A stretch of 64,000 nt of DNA from a virus, in IMG/VR virus record IMGVR_UViG_3300036985_002432, positions 28,213-92,212 of that record, one strand, 5' to 3'. A model generated the notes under the pieces. It saw only the letters and a program-made list of their open reading frames with translations, had not been told where the DNA came from and ran no database searches. Positions 33,501 through 42,700 of the stretch are shown here, in pieces; positions within the stretch are counted from its first letter, which is position 1; each line of letters starts with the position of its first letter. The position numbers and the translations under genes are program-made.

Positions 33501-36500
33501 TGCAATGTTCTTGCATTTTATTGAGATTCAAAAATACATTAAAGGTATTGGTGCAGTTATGCGTCAAGCAAATCCGGATACTAAAATATCTAAGACTGTA
33601 CAACAAATAAAAAAGAGAGATGCAAACTATGAGATTGCATTAGCATCATCAAAGTCTGATGAAGATCTATTAAAAGATTTAAAAGAAAAATCTATCTTAA
33701 GTTCATTCTATCTTAATGATTTATCAATTGATATTATTGAACCATTATTTCCATTAAGATTAAATAAAGATATCTCACAATACATTAGTGATAGATTAAC
33801 TTTAAGCAAATCTACAATAGCAAAGAAATTTGGTAAAGGTGCAGATGGACAAGAAAAGTTTAGTAGTCAGTTTAATAATGGAGTTATACAGTATATTTTT
33901 CAAAATTACATGTCAAACTTTATTAATGCTAATGGAGATGTAGTTACTATACCTGATACCTACAGAAGTATGAAAGTTGTTAAAAGTAAAAATTTAACAA
34001 GAGGTATTGAAATAGTTAATGGTCAGATACTTATAGATGAAAAAACATTAGAAAAAGACTTTAAAGATAAACTATATATAAAAGAAGTAGAGGATACAAA
34101 TAATTATGCAGCAAGAGGTTTACAACCTTTTACAATAGCAGATGATCCATTTCCATCACAGTCTTCTTATAATAGATATGTATTTGAAAGAGAGTTTTTA
34201 AGAACTAAATATCCAGAAGTAACAGAATTTTACTTAAATCAAAGAGCATTAACAAATGTATTTAATGCTAAAGCAATTATGGGTACAAATGAGTACTCAT
34301 ATACTGATCAAGTAATGAGTATTATTAATTCATTTCCTAAATTAAAAGATAAATTTCCTGTGCTAGCTCAAATAGCACCTGCACCATATAAAAATAAAGT
34401 TGGAGAAAATATTAAAGTACTTCAACTTAATGATAAGAAGATGGCAGTTGGTGAATTGGCAGAAATATATAATCAAAATCTTAAACAACTTGCTGATGTA
34501 AATATTAGAAAAGTAAAAGATATAGTTGAGAATCAAAAAATTAGTGATGTATTTAAAGTATTCTCATTAATGATGATACATCAACATGGTGTTGGATTTA
34601 GTAAGTATGGTTTCCCTAAAATATTAGATGAAGCTATATATGTAGATGTAATGAGAAATGCTTCAACTAATTTTATGGCAAATCACATTAATGCACCTAC
34701 TCTAAATACTATATTTAATAAAGTTGTTAGTACTGATCAATTTCAAAACTATGTTGCTGCTCCTGCAGATTATAATAATCCAACAGCCGGAGTATATAGT
34801 AATGACATTACTACAGAAGTAAGAAATGAATTAAATAAATATAAAGATAATAATGAAGTTGGAAAAGTAACTGAATTATTTGCATCATTAGAAGATATAC
34901 ATATATTACGTATACCAAAAGATGCAACTAATGGGTTGTATTTAGACAATGCTTATAATGTATATGCACCATTGAGTCCAGGTAACTTTAAAGAAGCAAT
35001 TACTATGCTTGAAAGTATGGGAACTGATATAGATGCAATGCCAGATCTATTCTATGATTTTGCAAATGATATAGAAGTTAGTATATCTGATTTTTATGAT
35101 ATGATTAAACCTCAATTAGAAGGTGATCCTATTATTGAAGAAGTAGAAATAGGTATGACTACTGGTGTACCATTAGGTCTTAAACTTTCAATAGATAAGA
35201 AAGGTAAAGATCAAGGTAAAGCTGATTTAGTTAATGCTGTAATTTCATATCCAAATCCAAACACATCTAGTTATCAATATCTAGTAGATGCTATGAACCA
35301 AAAAGTTCCGGTAAATGAACAAATTGTAAATGGTCCAGATGTAATAGCTATGGTATCTGTAAATGGTAATGGTAAAGCAACAGAAGATCAAATTGAATAT
35401 ACTATATCACATGCACAAGAAATCTTGGATGCAGGTGGTACTATTATAATGGATTCAACTTTTGATGCTACTAGACCATGGAATAAAACAGGTGAAGCAT
35501 TAGTACAAGAAGGTATTGGAAACCCAACAGGTCAAACATCTTTAGGATATAACTATTGGGGACCTAATCCAGAACCTACTACTCAACCATCTGCTAGTGT
35601 TAAACCTACTGTTAAGGATCTTTCCAGATGGGCTGATATAAAAGATGCTACAACACCTTATACAGATAAAGGTATTGTTGTAACAAGAGTCGGTACTACA
35701 GATAACCAATTTGGAAATCCTTTTATAGGTTCAAAACGTAGAGATAAGCAAGGTAATCTTGTAGAGTCTAAAGTAGATAACATTACTGTATTTAATACTA
35801 TTGATGAAGCTGACCAAGCATATAGAGATTGGTTAGAAGGTACTAAGCATCAGAATATTGAGCCATTAAGAAGAAAATGGATATTAAAACAAATTGCTGA
35901 TGGTAAGCTTGATGGTAAAACATTATTGTACTATAAACCTATGGAGGTTACAAACAATGATGGAACTATTGTAAAAGGTGGTTATCACTCTCATGCTGAT
36001 ACACTTGCTGAAATAGTAGAGGAATTAAGATCTACTCAATCATCTACTAGTGTTAAAGAAGGAGTATCAGAACTATTTGAATCTACTCCTGAATTAGCTA
36101 ATGCTGTATATGAAGCTTTAGGTATATATAATGTATGGCACGCATCTGATAAAAAAATAGATAAATTTATTTCTGAAAATGTAGAAGGCTATTTTGCTAA
36201 TGTCAAAAAAGGATCTCCAAAAGCTGTATTCTTTACAGCTGATAAGGCTCCTCAAGAATCCTTTTTATCTAAAAGAGAATATCAAGAACAATTTGCAGTT
36301 AAAATGGATAACCCTTTAGTTGTTGATACTAAAACTGGTTATTCTAGAGATACTGAAAGTTTTAAAGAATTAGTAGATAGAGCTTTATTAAATAATTATG
36401 ATGGTGTAATTGTTAAAAATGTTGATGATAATGGATTTGTTGGAGATGTTTATATTTCTCTTAACGCAGAGAAAATTAGTAAAATAACCCCACAACAAAA

Positions 36501-36771
36501 ACAACAAGCTCAACAACAATATTCAAATTATCTTGAACAAAACCCCAATGGTAATATAGAAGGATTTAAAAAATTTGTTACTCAATCATCTACTAGTGTT
36601 GAAATAGAACCTACACAAACTGTTATATCTAATTTTTATTCTAACTTAACAGAAAAAGAAAAAGAAAAATTAGGTAACTTAGATGAATTAATTGATGATT
36701 ATGTACAAATGTATGAAGGTACTATGTCTGAAGAACAATATATTGAAAACGTATTAAAATGTAATTTATAA
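24571..36771 (+). CDS. Virion-packaged DNA-dependent RNA polymerase (crAss-like, double-psi beta-barrel) fused to zincin and C-terminal accessory domains
   Basis: 4066 aa; GSDFDVDKL catalytic DxDxD at 32143-32157 preceded by RIPIQ, plus DGAGYIT and FESGSKVG motifs, as in the phi14:2 gp66 type (DFDID); HEAWH zincin at 27211-27225. Confidence 0.9.
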   Translation: MINCALSTETVEKLYKNIFGHMQDAASKGNAFDVNKYIKHIFNGKADKSRPEIAAKIVQHIPRMVIDITNTDFFEVEDFVDLKVLHKLGQAFMNPNKGIQKIISDYTPTTDNKILKSVAETKLEEAFNIEEFDAEEGEFSERFKPYSSLTSTFQEFLAVDPTSKNITDVEQIDESKKIIYTTLSAIKETMNPQQTVADDLIYEGVSIKVKAIPLSSIPQAELDDYTRNLVVKSKSIKKQGTNLEGVTPTDNMVALVISNANGESLYFDSEGHISSKEEGGKLVYQFLRDARKKGNAYTVTDIYGKEDQILDPYEIAVNTYDKAIDGTFTNYYNSIKVSQQEDFKKIYEFKESVLKDKKGVLIPLLGISDGLPESITGSKLMLNKITSLSGVNRSTFKSIKTIQQSRGIFKKGYASIILNGNEFIVDRADVPSEIALQVSQVLTSKDFTFSERMDFYKQFFSNDLQATTRRHETAGKIENKEFWFNYSDETSQEQKQRNFLENSINLSQESVNNKTVDELAADAAAIYDVLMSGKGAKKRYPAKMNFNSDLLKDERYMTYNVDTNSIEFKDYIDFIKDLKTEISINSGDPGVFNTYMEFALPSKFLSTVDKVKEELKEDTSSDTKKVKDSIVEVLKESGGVIDADVASVKKGFYKVHYANFKVNVPGVTEEAKVYFHNKTALISVGGKTYQDPTWPKEGNLVRLVLKPELTIPSGEIITNVIEVFAVNEDGTQGAYLGSVAETEYNTKNETPKLEDEVEEQEVIASEEKETIPELEDAVILTSPIKPTSKTSRAASLLNQNIAGLDRSTKLSGDVTVEDVENANNWWNSSPLNKYITLDHAANLVNSDAFARFTVAGATLIDSNILGNISIYQKGSMVDVYHEAWHGFSQLYLTQKEKLKLYNDIREYKDKSGNTPYANKSFFEVEEMIAEDFRTYAKDPKTFKAKVPVQKTIFQKILDFLYKLFGGKINTKDVVVGNYPVSVTEMFDALYLASKDPSLLNKYSPSIDNVMWDLLNRGVEKVNDRDIDVLTKQEANLISNSIDSILSDYVDANHDARVSNGKEVTKSGTLVLLSEEKDADGITNRSKAYGYVKAVLEDKLDELNDELGTITDKSFSEIKTIEDLEGESIAVIRSKSGEDKYIFLNSQVENFNNLTPDIKQGERVKGEKYKGSIEIISDFYKHNNIIINDKNVSIIVVNDVRDAKAQFDNYVKGGAKDFVSIEIKEDGPVYTDLTSDQEDLLDNIRILQNTINNWGDEKSGVMKYHADNSRFDLIREKYIDVNYGDEELDEDGNIIDETDVTDGKDSAGIVDKAVGKKSAEQFAGKETLYIVKSLFKITNGKTVDNKLGFKELVDFNKIWGILLREVGGVKNREVAFNKLKEASVTYAPELKQLVEKKLPDPTKIKHTSEFNVSAAFWQDLSLSDIPYTQLTAFPVKEMLINEDTGYPESTITGFTMEVTDASIEPSNVIRGFQATFKTIQPEDNPYITKVDNITMLTKLNALVKNYEDKHNPGSLNIKGSLGFARSIGVYLDNLDEIKNELETNSEYYGLQYIYQIVKDLADIQAKPFGASADAQKVLRDFVIDPLAVLKSKIPKGVIKSLKGVEVYQKNILDRLAGLQAQFGLETKGKGVFNAAGDMVFPFVQDFSVSRKIDALNSVENLTDCWIKDEFKYMRYLNPTISSFTNYSQILKSVFNYETGKIDEGQKDRRNERSLDLSMVSGTQVAEFNEGTNTSDLDKSSKFLQEMHTMLKGGLQEFIRAAGKKTSIGVRVKGGLIKDKGKDSNLYVDVDMFDSEQTGDIYAANKILMPYIASEFERIQKFKNNREEFKKYTGYNRKVGGTKENPIYAGEVFTAFDKVLKEKTKELLLSEATVKGVNETPGGLTIYLRKNTELRQKIESDILEYFNEQTSSNLTNLVNNKYIDKSLIEKTNSPNLTEQEQEYMLVKAFTYNSWIHNFETVNLFIGEMSQFNHDKENLHKRNTGAQSGGRKILTDEWAQNFVNDVLNKKSYGVKLAKTLGEDYNQFFYDGTFNTAILKDVERPSIYLDDIEAGLRKDYALSLKGSGKSKEEIQEIIDNNIKKDRKAYEEMNEADGAGYITIDAYRTLKTLENNWSHKQEALYQDEINGREITSSQIEEFFPVYKLQNYGELANKTLAPVTAMHKFALSPLIPSEVKGSELEHLHKEMMRNNIQYATFESGSKVGNITSNGEPDQIFTDDTQTKLKDKLTLTKNTIYLEYLKNVTEVNNKFKGKITFPTQLRGLILDGLYEQGALAYDKHAALAKTYHDDVANYTELLKIELLDEIQWEEKNGKYTGEFTKLLSLVQKELSKRDMPEHLVKMIGVNDDGSLKTDLSLHLEADTIEKILLSVINKRLIKQKVKGEAFVQVPSSMYNGLWDTKANLKTATEAEKKKYLGSNNLPFYRPGENGNTDAMKIAIAFQGDFINLLNVKFNEEQIGTLERLNEAIKDDNWLNTGDNRKLITLSGARIPIQNLNSLEFAEVYHFMNPSAGNKIVVPSEIVAKSGSDFDVDKLYFMMPHIDGRGNYVKSSKTNTELSKELASLKGKLVTDKTAPNAKGLIGKQKAALENKIIETTAELLAIPENYASLVRPNDTYLLKLIADDIQKYVTEYNRYNVAHGETERVNAKDDTKRAISPSTTLEIGYNLDKHDKNMTAKAALGIDAQDNKQHPIWNSVGAKMPATYKESDFDDVTNTAVEGEDDYDVRLLVRHNTLINKKGQKVISLSHRYDQDNVRIADTRSHKMNGQLDAEADPWVADVQADLETTPVLNYLMNAGVPSKDAIYFVANPLVREYGLQQKLLKSTFSTIINKAVTEENFVQYKAADAVVTKFIPFGIQAQILSQIANIKIDKFLNKLKNNDTVYVNTSFKQPNWKEISVKELKALLNTDSKLYDKIAGLINKSTHSVYKASRSLITNGNYYYAAKIASEMAGIKPGQSFSTEDMISIVEKGAIKENQMKSIAMFLHFIEIQKYIKGIGAVMRQANPDTKISKTVQQIKKRDANYEIALASSKSDEDLLKDLKEKSILSSFYLNDLSIDIIEPLFPLRLNKDISQYISDRLTLSKSTIAKKFGKGADGQEKFSSQFNNGVIQYIFQNYMSNFINANGDVVTIPDTYRSMKVVKSKNLTRGIEIVNGQILIDEKTLEKDFKDKLYIKEVEDTNNYAARGLQPFTIADDPFPSQSSYNRYVFEREFLRTKYPEVTEFYLNQRALTNVFNAKAIMGTNEYSYTDQVMSIINSFPKLKDKFPVLAQIAPAPYKNKVGENIKVLQLNDKKMAVGELAEIYNQNLKQLADVNIRKVKDIVENQKISDVFKVFSLMMIHQHGVGFSKYGFPKILDEAIYVDVMRNASTNFMANHINAPTLNTIFNKVVSTDQFQNYVAAPADYNNPTAGVYSNDITTEVRNELNKYKDNNEVGKVTELFASLEDIHILRIPKDATNGLYLDNAYNVYAPLSPGNFKEAITMLESMGTDIDAMPDLFYDFANDIEVSISDFYDMIKPQLEGDPIIEEVEIGMTTGVPLGLKLSIDKKGKDQGKADLVNAVISYPNPNTSSYQYLVDAMNQKVPVNEQIVNGPDVIAMVSVNGNGKATEDQIEYTISHAQEILDAGGTIIMDSTFDATRPWNKTGEALVQEGIGNPTGQTSLGYNYWGPNPEPTTQPSASVKPTVKDLSRWADIKDATTPYTDKGIVVTRVGTTDNQFGNPFIGSKRRDKQGNLVESKVDNITVFNTIDEADQAYRDWLEGTKHQNIEPLRRKWILKQIADGKLDGKTLLYYKPMEVTNNDGTIVKGGYHSHADTLAEIVEELRSTQSSTSVKEGVSELFESTPELANAVYEALGIYNVWHASDKKIDKFISENVEGYFANVKKGSPKAVFFTADKAPQESFLSKREYQEQFAVKMDNPLVVDTKTGYSRDTESFKELVDRALLNNYDGVIVKNVDDNGFVGDVYISLNAEKISKITPQQKQQAQQQYSNYLEQNPNGNIEGFKKFVTQSSTSVEIEPTQTVISNFYSNLTEKEKEKLGNLDELIDDYVQMYEGTMSEEQYIENVLKCNL
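35580..36600 (+). repeat. Three dispersed copies of a 22-25 bp repeat encoding TQ(P/S)S(A/T)SV linkers
   Basis: TACTCAACCATCTGCTAGTGTTAAA at 35580-35604; TACTCAATCATCTACTAGTGTT identical at 36033-36054 and 36579-36600. Confidence 0.9.
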
Positions 36772-39700
36772 TGGCACGTTGTATAATAACTAGCTCACCA
36801 CAATTTAAATCACTTGAAAAAGTGTATGGAACTAAACTTGCTCAAAGTTTCATTATCAATTACTCAATTGATGTAATGAAAGTAGCAGCAGATGAAGACT
36901 ATTATTATCCTTCTAAAATAGAAATAAGAGATTGGTTGACTGCTACAAGAAGTAAAATTATTAATAATGTTACAACAGCTTTAAGAGTAAATCCATATTT
37001 AAATGAGCATGCTATTAAGTCTTTATTAAAAGGTGTTATACATCAACTTGACGGTAAACAATATATAACAAGAGGTACTTCTAACTATGGTTCTACAGTT
37101 GAAACTGCAGCAGCATACAACTTAATATTTAAACCTAATTTAGATTTACTTACAGGGTTAGCAAAAAGATTTCCAAATATTTTTGAGATCACAGATAGAA
37201 CAGATAACTTATATACTAAAGAAGTTATAATTAATCCTATTAATGATAGAGATGAAGCATATGCAGTAGAAGATAGAGCATCAACTATTGAAAGTTTTAT
37301 GAATTCATATCCTGAAGCTAGAAAAACATTAGAGAATGAAAGAATACTTGAGGTTGCAGATAAGTTAGCTCAAAAATTACAACAAGCAACTGGTGTACCA
37401 TATGAATTTATTAAACCAGAAGATGCATATGAAATTTTATTAGATACTAAAACACCATATGATAGTCAAGCTGCATTTTATTTTAATAATAAAATATATT
37501 TTGTTGGAGATTATTTAACTCCGGATAGTGTACTACATGAATATGGACATCCATTAATAAAAACATTATCTATATCTAATAGACCTTTATTTGATAATTT
37601 ATACAGACAATTAGAAGCAGATACAACTGGAGCAGCTATTATTGCTGAAGTAAAAGCAAAGTACCCTGAACTATTTAATGCAGAGAATGATTCAGAAAAT
37701 GATAGATTTAAAGAAGAATGTTTAGTAACTGCACTTGCAAGAGATGCAGAATCTAAAGTTGATAAATTGATTGAAACTGAATCAGGTTTTAGAAAGTTTA
37801 TGACAAATCTTATATATGCTATTAAACAAGTTTTAAAATCTATTGTAAAAAAAGTTAACTTAAAAACTTTATCCTCATCAACTACATTAAAACAACTATC
37901 TGATATGATAGTAAGTGAAGACTTTGTTGTAGATAAAATTGTATTTGATGAATCTGATTTTGCTGAATTTAAAAAAGAAATAGATACTATAAATCAACAG
38001 TTTAGTAAAGTTACCCCGGAAACATTAACTAAAACAGTTAATGACTTCTATAATAGAATACTAGTAATAGCTGAAGCTGTAAAAAAATCTCCTAATGTTC
38101 TTAAACAAGAATTAAAAGGTAAAGATGGTACTAAGATATTTAATTATATTAAAGGGTATATGCGCAGAACTGGTGCAGTTACAGCTAATATAAATAATAT
38201 TGAAGTTGAAGATGTAATAAATGCATCAGTAGACATGAACCTTAAATTTAGAAATCAATCACTAGCACTATATAATTCTATAAATGAAATAAATATGTTT
38301 ACAGAAAATGTAGACAATATATTAGACTCATTTAATAATTTAGAAAACTATACAGCAAATGATGTAATACCAAAAATTAATTACTACTCAAATATTTTAT
38401 CTGCTAATAGTGATCTTGTTCAAAGTATAAAGAAAACAATAGGATTAAGTAAAAATAATGAGTTTATTAAAATTTTAAATGGTATCAGCCATACTATAGG
38501 AGAATCACAAGATAAAATTAAAGCTCTTCAAAAAAGATTTATAGTTGAGTTTTATGGTGAAGAAACTGAAGGTATGAATCAAAGTGTAGAAGAAAGATTT
38601 AAAGCTAATGTAACTCAGTTTCTTAAAACAGAACAAATTGATGATGCCACTATTGAAGCATTTATAAATAAAATTATAACTAATCCTGATGGTTTAGTAT
38701 TTTCAATTGAAGAAGTAGGTGTACCTGTATCTAAAGGCGTAGGTAGAGAGATAGTAGACTCAGTAAGAGAATATTATTTAAAAAGATTAGGTGAAAGTAA
38801 TTTAACTTCATACCTATCTGGTGAAAAGAAAGATGTAAATTACTTTGGCTCTATGTTTGCACCATATATGTATATGAATGACCCTATTATTGCAGGTGGA
38901 GCTAGAAGTTTAAACAATGCATTAGCCGGTGTACAAAGAGCTAATCTTAAACAAAAAGATCAAAATGCTAATATATTAGTACCAAAATTAAAAGCAGTTA
39001 ACTATACAGGTAATAATGTATCTGCAGTTGCTAATAAAATATTATTTACAGATAAAATTGGATACAAGAATTCTAAGACTGGTGAGTTTGAAGAAAAAGA
39101 AGTACTTGCATGGCATCAGTTACATAAGAACTATAGATATGATAGAAATAAACTTCAGTTTGAATATGAACAAGCTTTAGAAAAAAATGATCCTATAGCT
39201 ATTAAGGAAGCATTTCAAGCAGCTGAAAAGTTCCAAGAAGATTACATGTATAGAGAATTTAAAAAAGAAGTCTATGATGTAAAAAAAATGTGGACACAGT
39301 CAAATGAAGTAATACATCCTGAAACAAAACAAGCATTTATTGTTGATGCAGAAACTTCTTTTGAAGCACAAAGAGAAATGCAAGCACAAAGAGAAAATCT
39401 TAATGCTTTAAGTGCAAGTGATACAGATGAGTTAGCTGACATGCAAAAAATGACTCAGTATACTATTGCTAACATGGAATATAAAAAATTATATGATGTT
39501 AGAAATCCTGATGGTACATTAAAAACTGGTAAAGAACTTGAAAAAGTATTAGTAAGAAAAAAATATAGAACAGAGTCTGGTAAATTTTATGAGTCATTTG
39601 TTGACCAAGATAGAATACAAAAAGATTTTGATAACTATATATCTAGACTTGCTTCAGTAGGTATTACTTTAGAAGATACACCTGATGAATTTGATGAAGA

Positions 39701-42700
39701 GATTAGTAAATGGGAAAAGCAAAACTTTAGAACAGCTTATACTCAAGAATATTATAATGCTAAAACAAGGGCCCAAGAACAAATAAAAAGTATTCTTAAT
39801 AAGCCAGGTGCTAAGAAAACTGAAGTAGCACAAAAACTTGCTGATTTATATACTGATAGATCTCAATTAGTAAATCAAATTACTGATAAGAATGGTCAAG
39901 CAAATGGACTACAAGTTGCACCTGAAACATTAAAAAGACTTAAAAAAATAGAAGAAGATATTGTAGGTTTAGAAGAAAAGTATGATAAATATACAGGTTT
40001 AACAAAAGCTGAGTCTTCTTTATTACAGTCATATAAAAATAAATTAAAAAATGATATTGCATTAACTCAAGAAGAATCTGATGAATATAATACATTATTT
40101 AATACTGTAAATGAAATGGGACTTGGTGCCCTTGAACAAGAACAACTAAGTACACAATACAAAATATTAGGTGCATTAAATTCTAAAGAACCAACTGAAT
40201 ACTATATTGAAGCTATCAATTATGTATTAAGAGGTTTAGACATGGATGAGATTACTATAGATAATGCAGATGACTGGATTAATTCACCTAAACTTATTGA
40301 GGCTATGGGTAAAAGTGAAGACTTTAGAAATTGGTTTTTACTTAATCATTATGAAAAAGAATCTTGGGATTCAGCATACAAAACTAAAAGCCCTAAACTA
40401 TTTAGAACTGCAGTATGGACAGTATCAAAGCCTAATGACGATGCTAGTTATAAAACTACAACTCTTATAAATCCTATAACAGGAAAAGAGATGGTAATTA
40501 AAGGTGTTCCGGGATCAAAGTATATCTATAATAATGTTAAGAAAGAATATAAAACTGGATATAATCCTGTTACAGATACTGTAGATTTAATAGTAGGTAA
40601 ACACATTACTAATATAAGTAAAAATGATTTTCTACCAAGAGACTATAATCCTAGAGAAGCAGATAGTGCAGTTGATAATAAATATATAAACCAAGAGTAT
40701 GTAGCAATGAAAAATGCTAATACACCTGAATTTCAATTAGTAGATTCTATTACTAAGTTAATTCTTAGTGGACAAAAAGATTTTTTAAAAGGTGGTAAAT
40801 TATATTTAGATTATCCTAGAATGTATCATAGATCTAATCTTGAATTGATACAAGCTGGAAAAGTAGGAGAAAAATTTAATATTGTAAAAGAAGCTGCCTT
40901 AAGATTAGTTGATAAAACTAAAAGACCTGATGCTCAAGCACAAGGATTTAACTTTGATGTAGATCAAATATTAGTTACAACAGATTTATCCGGTGAACCA
41001 ATATCTAGAATTCCTATTGATGGTTTATCTAACCTTGATAAAAAAGATGTATCACTTGATTTCTTAAGAGCTTTTGAAGATTACCTAGCTTCAGGTAATG
41101 AGCAAACTGCTAAAAATGAATTGCTTCCTTTATTTCAAACTATATCTGATGTTATTAATGATCCAGATAATGCTAATAAAGATATTAAATTAGCTAGTAG
41201 ACAAGTTAAAAAAGCAACAGGTTTACTTTCATTAGTAAAAACTAATAGTGCTAGTAAAAGAGGTAAAGCATTTGATTATCTTTTAGATAAAATATTCTAC
41301 GGTAAAAAGAATAATCAATACATGGATGAACATGTCATGGTAACTAAAATTACTAATATGATAATGAGTGCATCTAGTAGATCTATTATTGGTATGGATA
41401 TGGTTTCTGCAGCTAAACAAAGATTTGGACAAAAATGGCAAAATATAATTGAAGGTGCTGGAGGTGATTCAGTTACTTATAAATCATTAGCATTAGGAAA
41501 AGCAAAATCATTAAAAACTATATATGAGTTAATGTCTGGTGGAGTATATAGTGTGGGCCCTAAAAGTTTAAATATTCAGATGATGGAATATTTTGATCCT
41601 ATTACAGGTAAAACTGATAAAGATTTTAGTAAATCTGCATCAAGAACTTTTACAAAAGATATGCTTGACATGACTTTTATGTATGACATAAGAAGAATGG
41701 CAGAACTTGAAGGTGGTTTAGCTTTGTATGAAGGTATGATGCATAACAAATGGATTGATCAAACTCAACCTGATGGTTCTGTAAAAAAAATACTTTATGC
41801 TACAGCATTTGAATTAGATGATAATAATATTATTAAGTTAAAAGATGGTATAAATCCTGAATGGGGGTTACATGCAATTAAGCATGAGTTTGCAGCAGGA
41901 GATACTCTAGCATCTATTGCTAAAAAATATAATACTACAGTAGAAGAATTAAAAGCTAAAAATAAAATTATTAATGAATCTAAGTTAACAGAAGGAGATA
42001 CTATTCAAATTTCTAATAGTGTTTTATTTAATGATTTTAGATTAAAAATACAAGATAGAGGTTATAAATTAAATGGTTTAATAGATGACTTTAACTCACC
42101 ACAAGCTGGTCAGTATTTAGGATGGAAATTTTTTACTTTTTATAAAAACTTTGCTGGAGGTTTTCTACTTAATAGATTCCAAATGGATATGTCAAAAGGA
42201 AACATAGGAGGAGCTGTTTATAACTTTGGAAGTAACACTTTAACTAAAGGTTATTATATATCTGCTTATCAAGGTATGTTAAAAATGATTAAAAACTTAC
42301 ATAAAGGTTGGCCATTACTTACTAAAGAAGAAAAAATGGGTATGGCTAAAACATTAATGGAAGGTGCACTTATTGCTCTATCTGCTATAGCAATCTATTT
42401 TATATTTGGTTATGACCCAGATGATGAAGAAAGATTTAAAAAATTAAAACAACGGGAACTTGACTATGGTTATGCGGGAGTAATGTCTAATCATTTATTA
42501 TATCAAGTAATGGCTGTTAAATCTGAGAATGAGGCTTTCTTTCCAGTTCTTGGTATTGATGATATGTTATCTTTAGTACAAAATACATCAATAGCTTTTG
42601 GACATGTTAAAAATTTATATAAAATAGGTGCAGATTTAGGTAACATGATGATAGGTGATGATGCTGCTAGATATAAATCAGATGTTGGACCATATCCATG

